This document shows positions 19,974 to 30,180 of a stretch of 64,000 bases of DNA, one piece after another. The DNA is taken from the NCBI GenBank assembly GCA_949288035.1, contig CASEIJ010000022.1:23-64022 (forward strand), written 5' to 3'. Below the pieces are notes generated by a model that was not told the DNA's origin, did not search any database, and saw nothing but the letters and a program-made list of their open reading frames with translations. Position numbers and translations under genes: made by a program. Origin of the DNA: an uncultured Mycoplasmatota bacterium. GTDB lineage: Bacteria; Bacillota_I; Bacilli_A; RF39; UBA660. Within the stretch, counting starts at the first letter, position 1. Each line of letters starts with the position of its first letter.

Positions 19974-20572
19974 ATTTACCAAATAAATTAACAATGCTTA
20001 GAATTATTATGGCATTTGTGATTATTGCTGTATTATTATTCCCATTTGATGCGATGGGAGTTGATATTTACAAATTATTTATCAATGAGAAAATTGTTGT
20101 AGATATTCGTTATATTATTGCTGGTGTTTTATTTATTCTAGCAAGTTTAACTGATTTTTTAGATGGATATATTGCTCGTAAATATAACTTAATTACTGAT
20201 TTTGGAAAGATGATTGATGCGATTGCAGATAAAGTATTAGTAAATTCTGTTTTAATTATTTTATGTGCACAGGGATTTATTCATCCATTAATTACAGTTG
20301 TTATTATTGTTAGGGATAGTATTGTAAATTCAATTAAGATGGTTGCTGGAAGTAAAGGACATGTGGTAGCAGCAATTAAAAGTGGTAAGGCAAAGACAGC
20401 TTGTTTAATGGTAGGTATTGTATTAACATTATTCTATAATTTACCATTTGAGTTATGGAATTTAAAAGTATCTGACTTTTTATTAATTGTTGCTTGTGTT
20501 CTTTCAATTATCAGTGGAGTACAATATTACAATTTAAATAAAAAATTCTTTTTAGAAGATGTTAAAAAATAA
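19970..20572 (+). CDS. pgsA: CDP-diacylglycerol--glycerol-3-phosphate 3-phosphatidyltransferase
   Basis: NLPNKLTMLRI..., DFLDGYIARKYN...G...DAIADK is the CDP-alcohol phosphatidyltransferase motif. Confidence 0.85.
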   Translation: MNLPNKLTMLRIIMAFVIIAVLLFPFDAMGVDIYKLFINEKIVVDIRYIIAGVLFILASLTDFLDGYIARKYNLITDFGKMIDAIADKVLVNSVLIILCAQGFIHPLITVVIIVRDSIVNSIKMVAGSKGHVVAAIKSGKAKTACLMVGIVLTLFYNLPFELWNLKVSDFLLIVACVLSIISGVQYYNLNKKFFLEDVKK

Positions 20573-20600
20573 AGATAGAAAATTAGTTCTATCTTTTTTT
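20573..20600 (+). terminator. Intrinsic terminator
   Basis: agatagaa-aattag-ttctatct followed by TTTTTT. Confidence 0.6.
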
Positions 20601-20631
20601 ATATTTGATTTTTTAATCTTACAAATTTAAA

Positions 20632-20683
20632 CAAACAAATGTTCGCAAAAACTATTGACTTTTTTTTGAAAGTAAGTTACAAT
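20632..20683 (+). promoter_or_regulatory. recA promoter with candidate LexA (Cheo) box
   Basis: CAAAC-AAAT-GTTCG (20632-20645) has one mismatch to CGAAC-N4-GTTCG. TTGACT (20655-20660), 17 nt, TACAAT (20678-20683). Confidence 0.5.
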
Positions 20684-20720
20684 GTTAATGTCAATAAAGA
20701 AAATATCAAGGAGGAAGAAC

Positions 20721-21749
20721 ATGGCAAGTAAAGCAAGTAAGACAACGAATGATAAAACATTAGATCAAGTTTTATTAGATATTGAGAAACAATTTGGAAA
20801 AGGTGCGGTTATGAAATTAGGAGAGGAAGCGCACCGTACGATAGATGTGATTCCAAGTGGTTCATTATCATTAGATATCGCTTTAGGAATTGGTGGATAT
20901 CCAAAAGGACGTATTATTGAAATATATGGTCCAGAATCAAGTGGTAAGACAACATTTGCTCTTCATGCGATTGCGGAGGCTCAAAAAAAGGGAGGACGTG
21001 CTGCTTTTATTGATGCAGAGCATTCTTTGGATCCAAAATATGCAGAGGCATTAGGAGTAAATACCAATGAATTGTTATTGTCTCAACCTGATAACGGAGA
21101 GCAAGCATTGGAAATTTGTGAAGCATTGGTTCGTAGTGGAGCAATTAGTATTGTTGTAATTGATTCTGTGGCTGCTCTTGTACCTCAAGCTGAAATAGAA
21201 GGAGAAATGGGCGATAGTCATGTTGGATTACAAGCACGTTTAATGAGCCAAGCATTACGTAAGCTATCTGGAATTATTAATAAGACGAATACCATTTGTA
21301 TTTTTATTAATCAATTACGTGAAAAAGTAGGAGTTATGTTTGGAAATCCAGAAACAACCCCTGGTGGACGTGCATTGAAGTTTTACTCTTCTATTCGTTT
21401 AGAAATTCGCCGTTCTGAACAAATTAAAACATCGAGTGAAATTGTTGGAAATAAGACAAATGTAAAGGTTGTAAAAAATAAAATGGCGCCTCCATTTAAA
21501 ACATGTTGTGTTGATATTATGTATGGAGAAGGTGTATCTAGAGAAGGAGAACTAGTAGATCTTGCTAGTGAAGCAGGAATTATTGAAAAAAGTGGTGCAT
21601 GGTATTCTTATAATGGAGATAAGATTGGTCAAGGAAAAGAGAATGTAAAGGAATTATTACGTAACAATAAATCATTAGCAGAAGAAATTGAGAAAAAAGT
21701 CCGTACTCACTATGGAATTGGTGATAAAACTGAAAAGAAGGCAGAGTAA
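20721..21749 (+). CDS. recA: Recombinase RecA
   Basis: [32 protein letters not shown], and more. ATG at 20721 follows AAGGAGG. The ORF-track start at 20682 sits inside the -10 box. Confidence 0.95.
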   Translation: MASKASKTTNDKTLDQVLLDIEKQFGKGAVMKLGEEAHRTIDVIPSGSLSLDIALGIGGYPKGRIIEIYGPESSGKTTFALHAIAEAQKKGGRAAFIDAEHSLDPKYAEALGVNTNELLLSQPDNGEQALEICEALVRSGAISIVVIDSVAALVPQAEIEGEMGDSHVGLQARLMSQALRKLSGIINKTNTICIFINQLREKVGVMFGNPETTPGGRALKFYSSIRLEIRRSEQIKTSSEIVGNKTNVKVVKNKMAPPFKTCCVDIMYGEGVSREGELVDLASEAGIIEKSGAWYSYNGDKIGQGKENVKELLRNNKSLAEEIEKKVRTHYGIGDKTEKKAE

Positions 21750-21756
21750 TATCTGC

Positions 21757-21800
21757 TTTTTTTGCATGCAAAAAAAGACAGGAATCTGTCTTTTATTTTC
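21757..21800. terminator. Bidirectional terminator between recA and tRNA-Ser
   Basis: Palindrome tttttttgca/tgcaaaaaaa, then hairpin aagacag-gaat-ctgtctt (21775-21792). U-runs are available on both strands. Confidence 0.5.
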
Positions 21801-21803
21801 TTA

Positions 21804-21894
21804 TGGCGGAGTAGGAGAGATTTGAACTCTCGCGCCAGTTGCCCGACCTACACCCTTAGCAGGGGCGCCTCTTCAGCCTCTTGAGTACTACTCC
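21804..21894 (-). tRNA. tRNA-Ser(GCU)
   Basis: Reverse complement folds as GGAGTAG / D-arm / CGCCC-CTGCTAA-GGGTG / long variable arm / GAGAG-TTCAAAT-CTCTC / CTACTCC-G-CCA. Confidence 0.85.
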
Positions 21895-22032
21895 AGTGCT
21901 ACGTCTTTCATTTTACATGATAAATAATAAATTGTCAATTGCTTTTTTGTGAAATTGTGGTATCGACAATCTTTTTTTGATTTCTCATATAAATTATATT
22001 ATAATGTATTTAGAGATACTAGGAGGCAATTT

Positions 22033-22731
22033 ATGGCATTTATAGAGTTTAAAAATGTTAGAAAAGAATATGTTGGAGAGGTCCGTGTTTTAGCCGTTGA
22101 TAAATGTTCTTTTGAAATTGAAAAAGGAGAGTTAGTTGTTGTTTTAGGACAATCTGGAGCAGGGAAAACAACTATTTTAAATATGTTGGGAGGAATGGAC
22201 TTTTCTACTTCTGGTCATATTGTTGTTGATGGAAAAAGAATTGATCAAATGAAAAAGAAAGAACTTGTATCTTATCGTCGTCATGATATTGGTTTTGTTT
22301 TTCAATTTTATAATTTAATTCCTAATTTAACAGCTTTGGAGAATGTTGAACTTGCTTGTGAATTATGTAGTAATGCTTTAGATCCTAAAGTTGTATTAAA
22401 ACAAGTCGGATTAGAAAAAAGAATGAATAATTTTCCTGCCCAATTATCAGGTGGAGAACAACAACGTGTAGCGATTGCTAGAGCGATTGCGAAAAACCCT
22501 AAAATATTACTTTGTGATGAACCAACGGGGGCTTTAGATTCTAAAACTGGTCAAAAAGTAATTGAATTATTAGAAGATACTTGTCGTAATATGGGAATTA
22601 CTACAGTTGTCATTACTCATAATGCGATGATTGCAGAAATTGCAGATAAAGTGATACATATTAAGAATGGAACAGTAGATCATATTGATCTCCATTCAAA
22701 ACCTAAAAAAGCGAAAGATATGGTGTGGTGA
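22033..22731 (+). CDS. ABC transporter ATP-binding protein (MacB/FtsE-like)
   Basis: [37 protein letters not shown] at 22033 follows AGGAGG. Confidence 0.85.
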   Translation: MAFIEFKNVRKEYVGEVRVLAVDKCSFEIEKGELVVVLGQSGAGKTTILNMLGGMDFSTSGHIVVDGKRIDQMKKKELVSYRRHDIGFVFQFYNLIPNLTALENVELACELCSNALDPKVVLKQVGLEKRMNNFPAQLSGGEQQRVAIARAIAKNPKILLCDEPTGALDSKTGQKVIELLEDTCRNMGITTVVITHNAMIAEIADKVIHIKNGTVDHIDLHSKPKKAKDMVW

Positions 22732-22735
22732 TAAA

Positions 22736-25228
22736 ATGCTTTTTAAAAATACGTTACGTAAAATAAAAAAGTCATTTGGTCGTTATGCTTCTTTAATTGT
22801 GATTGTATTTATTGGAACTGCTATTTTTACGAGTCTTCAGCTTTGTACGCCTAATATTAAAGAAGTACAACAAGATTATTATGATGATACGAATTTAATG
22901 GATTTAAAGATCAATGGTACATTAGGACTTACAGATACGGATGTGAATGATTTAAAGCAATTAGATCAAGTTGATCAGGTAGTGGGTAGTTATTCTAAAG
23001 AAGTATTAGATGGCAGTCATGCAATGAAAGTACATGCGATAGAAGATGATATCAATCGTCTTGACTTAGTAGATGGGAAGATGCCTACGAATGATGAGGA
23101 ATGTTTAGCAGATGCTTCTTATTATCAGGTTGGAGATATTATAACAATTACTGAACCAAATCATGAGAATGATTTAAAGACACATCGTTTTAAAGTAACT
23201 GGGACAGTTTATTCTCCTCTTTATACGGGTACGAATTATGGTAGTAGTCAAATTGGTGATGGAACTTTATATTCTTATATGTTTGTTTTAAAAGATACAT
23301 TTCAATATGATGTATATACAGAAATATACATTACTTTGAAACAATCATCTGATGATATGATTTATTCATCCAATTATAAAGACAATATAGAACAGTTAAA
23401 AAAAGAGATTGAAAAGGTTTCTGAAAAGGCTGAAAAACGTCGTTATGATGAATTGACTGAGGATATGGTATTGCAGTTAGAACAATTAAAACAAGCAAAT
23501 CAGATGATGCCTAATCCTATTTATCAGCAAAATATTGAAGCGTTAGAAAGCGCGATTGATCAAGTAGGGGAAAGTAAATGGCATATTTTTGATCGTTATG
23601 ATAGTGTGATCTCTTATAAGATATTAGAAATGCAGTATGATGAAGTACAAATATTAGCAAATATTGTTCCTTTCTTTTTCTTCATTGTTGTATTACTCAT
23701 GACTTCAAATACAATGACTAGAATGATTACAGAAGAAAGAAGTGAAATGGGTGCTATGACATCGATTGGTATTTCGAATCGTCGTATTATTAACCACTAT
23801 GTTATTTATATTTTATCTAGTACGGTTGTTGGAACATTACTCGGTTTCTTATTTGGAAATTATGTATTAACACCATTATTCTATAGTTGTTTTCCAGTTC
23901 ATATGCCAGAGATGCATTCTACTTTTCATTTTGGATTATTCATTATATTATTAATATTTGTACAAGCTTTGATGATGACTGTTACGATTTATTCTTGTTT
24001 GAAAGTCTTCCGTCAAAGCCCAGCGAATTTATTAAGACCACCAGCACCTAAGAGTGGTAAAAAAATTATTTTAGAAAAGATTCATATTTTATGGAATCAT
24101 CTATCATTTTCTTGGAAGATTACGATTCGTAATATCTTTCGTTATAAGAAACGTGTTTTTATGACATTAGTTGGAACTGCAGGTTGTACTTTCTTAATTT
24201 TAATTGGTTTTGGAATTCAAGATAGTATTGAAGGGGTTGGAAAGAAGCAATATACAGATGTATTACGTTATGAGAATATGATTGTTCTTAAAAATAATAT
24301 GTCAGATATTTCAACTTCTCTTGATACGGTATTAAAAGATCAAGTAAAAGATCCTGTGTTATTAAATCAAACCCATTTTAAAGTGCATACAACAACAGAT
24401 GATATGGATGCTTATGTGATTGTACCAAAAGAAGATAATTCTAACTTTTATAAGTATTTTGCAATCAAAAGTAATCAAGATGGCAAGACAAAGAAATTAA
24501 ATAACAATCAAGTATATGTTACAACACAGATTGCGAGACGTTGTGATATTGAAGCAGGAGATAAGATTACACTAGAAGATAGTGATGGAAATACCTATCA
24601 AGTTGTTGTTGGAGATATTATTGAGAATTATGTTTCTAATTATATTTACATGGATCGTTCTCTTTATGAGAATACCATGAAAGAAGAATGGACAGGAAAT
24701 ATGATTGTCTCTCAGAATGATAATAGTAAGAAGCAGATTGCGAATCATTTACTAGATTCAGGAGAAGTATTAAGTGTTCAGTTTTCTGATGATTTATTAG
24801 AAGATGTAAATGGTGGTATTAGTGGTTTAGAAAATGTAATTGTTGTACTGATTTTAATTGCTTCTTTACTAGCTTTTTCCGTCTTATATAATTTAACTTC
24901 TATTAATATTAGTGAACGTATTCGTGAAATATCGACATTAAAAGTACTTGGATATACAGATTTAGAAACGAGACGATATATTTATCGTGAAACACTGATT
25001 ATGGTTGTATTTGGAATTGCCCTTGGTTTATTCCTAACACCATTTGCTCATCATTATATTGTGAATTTACTACAAAATGATGAGACATTGTTATTAGAGC
25101 AAATTGAATTATCAAGTTATATTTATGCATCATTGATTACCTTTATTTTCGCTGTGATTATGCAGTATGTGACACATTTTAAATTAAGAAAAGTAGATAT
25201 GATTGAAGCATTAAAGTCAGTAGATTAG
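22736..25228 (+). CDS. FtsX-like ABC transporter permease (duplicated FtsX domains)
   Basis: About 830 aa. Two 4-TM FtsX-type modules separated by large extracytoplasmic domains. ATG at 22736 follows GTGGTGAT. Confidence 0.8.
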   Translation: MLFKNTLRKIKKSFGRYASLIVIVFIGTAIFTSLQLCTPNIKEVQQDYYDDTNLMDLKINGTLGLTDTDVNDLKQLDQVDQVVGSYSKEVLDGSHAMKVHAIEDDINRLDLVDGKMPTNDEECLADASYYQVGDIITITEPNHENDLKTHRFKVTGTVYSPLYTGTNYGSSQIGDGTLYSYMFVLKDTFQYDVYTEIYITLKQSSDDMIYSSNYKDNIEQLKKEIEKVSEKAEKRRYDELTEDMVLQLEQLKQANQMMPNPIYQQNIEALESAIDQVGESKWHIFDRYDSVISYKILEMQYDEVQILANIVPFFFFIVVLLMTSNTMTRMITEERSEMGAMTSIGISNRRIINHYVIYILSSTVVGTLLGFLFGNYVLTPLFYSCFPVHMPEMHSTFHFGLFIILLIFVQALMMTVTIYSCLKVFRQSPANLLRPPAPKSGKKIILEKIHILWNHLSFSWKITIRNIFRYKKRVFMTLVGTAGCTFLILIGFGIQDSIEGVGKKQYTDVLRYENMIVLKNNMSDISTSLDTVLKDQVKDPVLLNQTHFKVHTTTDDMDAYVIVPKEDNSNFYKYFAIKSNQDGKTKKLNNNQVYVTTQIARRCDIEAGDKITLEDSDGNTYQVVVGDIIENYVSNYIYMDRSLYENTMKEEWTGNMIVSQNDNSKKQIANHLLDSGEVLSVQFSDDLLEDVNGGISGLENVIVVLILIASLLAFSVLYNLTSINISERIREISTLKVLGYTDLETRRYIYRETLIMVVFGIALGLFLTPFAHHYIVNLLQNDETLLLEQIELSSYIYASLITFIFAVIMQYVTHFKLRKVDMIEALKSVD

Positions 25229-25241
25229 AAAAGAGGATATT

Positions 25242-25898
25242 ATGGATCATAAAAGTTATACACATCAGATTTATCACTTAAAAGCTTTATGTCGTCAATT
25301 AGAAAAAGAACATGTCATTACATTTGAAGGTGATTTAATCATGTCATTAGATGGCTTCTTTGAAGGAATTGTCGAAGAGAAATTCTCATCCTCTCTTACT
25401 AGAAAATGTTATGTAGCAGGAGAAATATATGACGAAAAAGGAATTACCCTTACCAAATTAGCGCCCTATGGACCAATGAGAACTACCTATTTTTTAGGAA
25501 TGGTCATGGATCCTACCTGTTCAAATCTTATGATGGATGGAGAATGGAATTATTGTAAAGAATTAGAACGTATTACAGAATATGATCCAGTATTAGATGA
25601 GATTGTTTATGATAGTTCGTTTGAGAAAGAATATACTTATGGTGGAGTATTTCAATTTACGTTAGAAAAACAAGATACTTATCATCATAATGTTCAAAAT
25701 CGTCTACAGGGGATTGAAAAGTTTACGGATCGTTTTTCTCATGATTTAAAAGAAATACAAGCGCATATTTTCTTACCCTATGCTTGTAAGAGAAAAAGAG
25801 ATGCTTTCTTTTCTATGTACCATAATTATTTAGAACAACAAAAGCAAGTATTAGAAACATTAAAAGATGAGATTCAAGCGAAAGTATATCGTCGTTGA
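25242..25898 (+). CDS. Hypothetical protein
   Basis: RBS AGAGGA. No recognisable motif. Confidence 0.5.
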   Translation: MDHKSYTHQIYHLKALCRQLEKEHVITFEGDLIMSLDGFFEGIVEEKFSSSLTRKCYVAGEIYDEKGITLTKLAPYGPMRTTYFLGMVMDPTCSNLMMDGEWNYCKELERITEYDPVLDEIVYDSSFEKEYTYGGVFQFTLEKQDTYHHNVQNRLQGIEKFTDRFSHDLKEIQAHIFLPYACKRKRDAFFSMYHNYLEQQKQVLETLKDEIQAKVYRR

Positions 25899-25966
25899 GT
25901 TTCATCTTTTTCTAATTTGATGAAATCATAAAGAAATAGTATAATCATGGGATAAGGAGGGATGTT

Positions 25967-26755
25967 ATGAAATATTGTGATTATTGTAATGAAGCAAATT
26001 CAGAAGATTCTATGTATTGTAAAAAATGTGGACGTCCACTTTATGAAGAGATAGAAGAAAGAGAAGAAAAGGTCAAAAACAAAAATAAAAAAAGTAAAAA
26101 AACGAAACATAAAACGAAAACAAAACATAAGAATAAGACCAAGGTAATTGATCAAAGAGAGAAAGGTAAAATGAGTTTCTTTCAAAAGTTTATGATGTTT
26201 TTCTTATTTTTACTTTGTGTCATTAGTATTGGAGCAGTTGGAATCTTAGGATATCATATTTATCAAACAGAAAATATTACCGTTCCAGATGTAACAGGAC
26301 TTACTTATGAAGAAGCAGAAATACGTTTACGTGATGTTGGTTTAAATGCCTCTAGAAAAGAAGTCATTACGGATGAGGAAGAAGAAGTAGGAATTGTTTT
26401 AAAACAGAAAAAACGTGGTGGTGCGAAGGCAAGTGAAAATGCGATTATAGAACTATCTGTTGGTGTATTGGATACCACGGTAGAAGTACCAGATATAGAG
26501 GGAAAAACATTAGAAGAAGCTTTAGAACTTTGTAGAGAATATGGTGTTACATACCAAATTGTTTATGAAGAATCAGATGAGAAAGCGAATACAGTATTAA
26601 AACAGAGTATTCGTAGTGGAAAGAAAATAGAAAATACAGAAGTGTTAGTATTAACTGTTTCTAAAGAAAAAGAAGTGGAAAAAGAAACAGAAGAACCAAT
26701 AGAGACACCAACGGAAACACCATTGGCAGAAGATGAGAATATACAAGATGAGTAA
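25967..26755 (+). CDS. Zinc-ribbon / PASTA-domain membrane protein
   Basis: CDYC...CKKC ribbon, Lys-rich linker and one TM. Two PASTA-like units (VPDVTGLTYEEAEIRLRDVGL; VPDIEGKTLEEALELCREYG). Confidence 0.6.
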   Translation: MKYCDYCNEANSEDSMYCKKCGRPLYEEIEEREEKVKNKNKKSKKTKHKTKTKHKNKTKVIDQREKGKMSFFQKFMMFFLFLLCVISIGAVGILGYHIYQTENITVPDVTGLTYEEAEIRLRDVGLNASRKEVITDEEEEVGIVLKQKKRGGAKASENAIIELSVGVLDTTVEVPDIEGKTLEEALELCREYGVTYQIVYEESDEKANTVLKQSIRSGKKIENTEVLVLTVSKEKEVEKETEEPIETPTETPLAEDENIQDE

Positions 26756-26784
26756 ACAAGAAAGAAAAGGAGAAAGAGATATAA

Positions 26785-27048
26785 TTGGTAAAGAATATTC
26801 AAAATAGTGAATTCAATTTTCCTGATATTAGAGAACGTGAGTGGGGTAAATTAGACGATGTGAAAGCCGCAAAATTATTACAGTTGTTGATTGAAGCTGA
26901 AGATATTTTTCTAGATCTAGATGATTTTCAAATGGCACATAAACAATGTTATCCTGAAATAGAGGATATGATGTTACAGATAGGTGTTCTTAGAGAGCAA
27001 TATACAAATTTTGTCGATTCCCATATGGAAGTATTAGATATAAAATAA
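26785..27048 (+). CDS. Hypothetical small acidic protein (TTG start)
   Basis: ORF preceded by AAGGAGAAAGAG. No motif recognised. Confidence 0.35.
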   Translation: MVKNIQNSEFNFPDIREREWGKLDDVKAAKLLQLLIEAEDIFLDLDDFQMAHKQCYPEIEDMMLQIGVLREQYTNFVDSHMEVLDIK

Positions 27049-27139
27049 AGAGCGTGAAATCATGTTCAAAAATAAGCATAGTGAACAAGCTGTGCTTTTT
27101 TTATAAATATGTTATACTAGATAAGAAAGAGGTGAGAAC

Positions 27140-27191
27140 ATGCGCAGAGTAAATGGTTAAAAATTGGCATAAATAAAACAACATTTATGCC
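27140..27191 (+). promoter_or_regulatory. Leader peptide ORF (MRRVNG) plus hairpin upstream of the ABC-F gene
   Basis: GAGGTGA RBS, then atg cgc aga gta aat ggt taa (27140-27160). Hairpin ggcataaat-N8-atttatgcc (27166-27191) ends 3 nt before the AAGGAG RBS of the ABC-F gene. Confidence 0.4.
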
Positions 27192-27207
27192 TAGAAGGAG
27201 TGTATAA

Positions 27208-28719
27208 ATGTTAGAGATAAAAAATTTAAAGATTGAAAATCATGAACAGACCATCTTAGAACAAGTGAGTTTTATCGTACACAATCGTGATAAGTTAGCT
27301 ATCATTGGTGAAGAGGGGGATGGTAAGTCCACTTTATTAAAAGCGATTATGGGAGTTTGTAATTATGCAACGGTAACAGGAACAATCAATACCAATGGAA
27401 AAAGATTTGGATATTTAAAACAAACGATGTCGGAACATGATTTTGAGCAGTCAATTTTTCACTATTTATTTTGTGACATGGATGATTACTACCAAAAAAT
27501 GAATTTATTTTATCGTATTTGTCAGCAATTAGACTGGAATTTAGATATTTTCTCATCATTACAAGTAAAAAATTTATCAGGTGGTGAGAAAGTAAAATTA
27601 CAGTTATGTCGAATTTTATTAACAGAGCCGGATATATTATTATTAGATGAACCAACCAATGATTTAGATATTGAGACACTTTCTTGGTTAGAGCAATTTA
27701 TCAACCGTGATTCTCGTCCTATTTTATTTGTGTCTCATGATGAACTTTTTTTAGAACATACTGCGAATTGTATTCTACACTTAGAGAGAACTCATAAAAA
27801 GGAAATTCCAAAAGCGACTTGGATAAGATGTGATTATCACACTTATATCACATCACGTATTAATAGGTTGGAAAAAACAACCCAAGTAGCACATGCAGAA
27901 CGAAGAAAACAAAAAAAGCAGGAAGAAAAGTTACAACAGATTATGAATAAAGTAGAATATCAACAAGAGACCATTAGTAGAAGTAATCCTCATGGGGGAA
28001 GATTGTTAAAAAAGAAGATGAGAAATTTAAAAGCTCAAGAAAAGAAATTAGAAAATCGGAATATAACAGAAGTTCCAGATGTAGAAGAAGCAATTTTATT
28101 TTCTTTTCCGGAAGTGCATATACCGAAAGAGAAAGTAATTTTAAAATTATCGTTAGAAGAATTAAAAGTAGAAGATCATGTTTTATCTCATTCGCTTGAA
28201 CTGGAAATAAGAGGTCCGAAACATATTGTCATTACTGGTAAGAATGGTGTTGGTAAGACAACGTTATTAAAATATATGTTTCATATATTAAAAGATAGAA
28301 TGGATATGAAAGTAGGGTATATGCCTCAGCATTATGATGAGATATTGTCTTCTTTTGATACACCGATTTCTTTTCTATTAGAACATCAATCGCAAATTCC
28401 TGTTTATAAAATAAGACAGTGGATGGGAAATATGAAGTTCACCAAAGAAGAAATGATTGGTGATATATCAAAATTAAGTGGTGGTAGTAAAGCAAAATTA
28501 TGTTTATTAAAATTCATGATAGATGGTTGTGATGTATTATTGTTAGATGAACCAACTAGAAATGTCAGTCCTCTATCGAATCCTGTTATTCGAAAAGCAT
28601 TGAAACAATATCATGGTTGTATTATTAGTATTTCTCATGATCGAAAATATATTGAAGAAGTTGCGGATACCGTGTACTTATTAAAGCAAGATGGAATTCA
28701 TGAAGTTAGTAAGAGATAG
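27208..28719 (+). CDS. ABC-F family ATPase, probable ribosomal-protection (ARE-type) protein
   Basis: Two ABC cassettes without TM domains (GEEGDGKST / LSGGEKVKL / LLLDEPTN; GKNGVGKTT / LSGGSKAKL / LLLDEPT). They are joined by a basic helical linker RRKQKKQEEKLQQ... Confidence 0.8.
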   Translation: MLEIKNLKIENHEQTILEQVSFIVHNRDKLAIIGEEGDGKSTLLKAIMGVCNYATVTGTINTNGKRFGYLKQTMSEHDFEQSIFHYLFCDMDDYYQKMNLFYRICQQLDWNLDIFSSLQVKNLSGGEKVKLQLCRILLTEPDILLLDEPTNDLDIETLSWLEQFINRDSRPILFVSHDELFLEHTANCILHLERTHKKEIPKATWIRCDYHTYITSRINRLEKTTQVAHAERRKQKKQEEKLQQIMNKVEYQQETISRSNPHGGRLLKKKMRNLKAQEKKLENRNITEVPDVEEAILFSFPEVHIPKEKVILKLSLEELKVEDHVLSHSLELEIRGPKHIVITGKNGVGKTTLLKYMFHILKDRMDMKVGYMPQHYDEILSSFDTPISFLLEHQSQIPVYKIRQWMGNMKFTKEEMIGDISKLSGGSKAKLCLLKFMIDGCDVLLLDEPTRNVSPLSNPVIRKALKQYHGCIISISHDRKYIEEVADTVYLLKQDGIHEVSKR

Positions 28720-28772
28720 GCAGAAATCTGTCTATTTTTCTGTTATAATAAAGATAGAATGTAGGTGATGTT

Positions 28773-29231
28773 ATGCATTTTTACAATATCATAGAAGATT
28801 TATCAAAGACACAATCTATTACATTATTTGTAGATATGGATGGAGTCATTGCTTCTTATGATTTTGGTAAGAAATATGATTTTGATAAGAAAAGACCATT
28901 ATTTCATCATATTGAAGTATTAGAAAAAATAAGTCATTTAGAACATGTAGAGTTGTATATATTATCGATTAGTCCAAAAGAGGAACATATAAAGGAAAAA
29001 CAATACTGGTTAGATCAATATGCTTCATTTTTTAAAGAAGAAAATCGAATTATTTTAGATAAAACGAAATATCCAGGACTTAGTTCTAAGGAGATAAAAG
29101 CAAATTATTTGCAACAGATTCCTAGAGATCATAAGATTGTACTAATCGATGATGATAATGCGGTATTAAAATATATTCATCATGTTTTATCGGATATTTT
29201 GTTGTATCAAGATTCTGAATTGGTGGATTAA
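28773..29231 (+). CDS. HAD-superfamily 5'(3')-nucleotidase-like protein
   Basis: LFVDMDGVIASYD is DxDGV motif I. LIDDD near the C-terminus. Confidence 0.5.
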   Translation: MHFYNIIEDLSKTQSITLFVDMDGVIASYDFGKKYDFDKKRPLFHHIEVLEKISHLEHVELYILSISPKEEHIKEKQYWLDQYASFFKEENRIILDKTKYPGLSSKEIKANYLQQIPRDHKIVLIDDDNAVLKYIHHVLSDILLYQDSELVD

Positions 29232-30121
29232 TGATTTTAAATGTTAGCGGAAGAACCGATATTGTAGCCTTTTATACGGAGTGGTTTATGAATCGCTATC
29301 GAGAGGGATTTGTCGATGTTAGAAATCCGGTCTATCCTAAAATGGTGAGTCGTATTTATTTTGAAGATGTTGATGCGATTTTGTTTTGTACAAAAAATCC
29401 ACTTCCAATTATAAAGTATATAAAAGAAATTAAAAAGCCTATTTTATTTCATGTGACACTAACTCCATATAAAAAAGAGATAGAACCACATGTTCCGGAA
29501 AAAGGGAAGGTGATTGAAGCAATTAAACAGTTATCACAAGTACTTGGTAAAGATTATGTGGTGGTTCGTTATGATCCGATTTTGGTGAGTGAGAAATATT
29601 CTATTGCTTATCATAAGAAAGCATTTCAACATTTGTGTGCTTTATTAAATGGATCTGTTTCTAAAATCATTGTTTCATTTTTAGATGATTATAAAAATGT
29701 ACGGAAGAATAGGTCAGTTCTTGGAGCGAGAACGATTACAGAAGCAGATTACAGAGAGATTGGAGTTTCTTTTAGTAAGAGTGCGAAAGAATATGGGATG
29801 ACAGTTCAGACGTGTTTTGAAGAAAAGAATTTAGTAGAATATGGTTTTATCAAGGAGGATTGTTTTTCGTCCTTATTGGCTTTTCAAATGACAGGGAAGA
29901 TATTTCCAAAATGGAAAGCGAGAAAAGGTAAGTTGTGTCAATGTGTGGAGATGGTAGATATTGGAGCTTATAATACTTGTTCTCATTTTTGTAAGTATTG
30001 TTATGCGAATTATGATGAAAAAAAGGTAGAGATAAATAGAACATATCATGATCCAACTTCAACTTTACTGATTGGAACATTACAAGATGATGATGTAATA
30101 AAAGTACGGAAAGATAAGTAG
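29231..30121 (+). CDS. DUF1848-family protein with C-terminal Cys cluster
   Basis: ILNVSGRTDIVAFYTEWFMNRYREGFVDVRNP N-terminus. CQC...CSHFCKYCYAN cluster. TAATG overlap with the upstream gene. Confidence 0.6.
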   Translation: MILNVSGRTDIVAFYTEWFMNRYREGFVDVRNPVYPKMVSRIYFEDVDAILFCTKNPLPIIKYIKEIKKPILFHVTLTPYKKEIEPHVPEKGKVIEAIKQLSQVLGKDYVVVRYDPILVSEKYSIAYHKKAFQHLCALLNGSVSKIIVSFLDDYKNVRKNRSVLGARTITEADYREIGVSFSKSAKEYGMTVQTCFEEKNLVEYGFIKEDCFSSLLAFQMTGKIFPKWKARKGKLCQCVEMVDIGAYNTCSHFCKYCYANYDEKKVEINRTYHDPTSTLLIGTLQDDDVIKVRKDK

Positions 30122-30180
30122 GGATGAATTGAACTTTATAGATTGGGTATGATAATATAGATATGGAAAAGAGTGATGAT

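Noticed and set aside
20682-20720. N-terminal extensions proposed by the ORF track for recA (20682). The same applies to the ABC ATPase (21949), FtsX permease (22685), rpsT (10814), mscL (40840), the ASST-like gene (44289) and the SLT-like gene (59847).
   Set aside because: In each case the upstream start lacks a Shine-Dalgarno sequence or overlaps a promoter, terminator or neighbouring gene. An internal ATG or GTG sits 5-9 nt after a GGAGG/GGTGAT-type RBS and matches the expected family N-terminus.
26060-26150. A/C-rich low-complexity tract (aaaaacaaaaataaaaaaagtaaaaaaacgaaacataaaacgaaaacaaaacataag) as a possible repeat element or slippery site
   Set aside because: It is in frame and encodes the Lys-rich cytoplasmic linker (KNKNKKSKKTKHKTKTKHKNKTK) before the TM helix of the PASTA protein. 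There is no periodic unit and no frame disruption.
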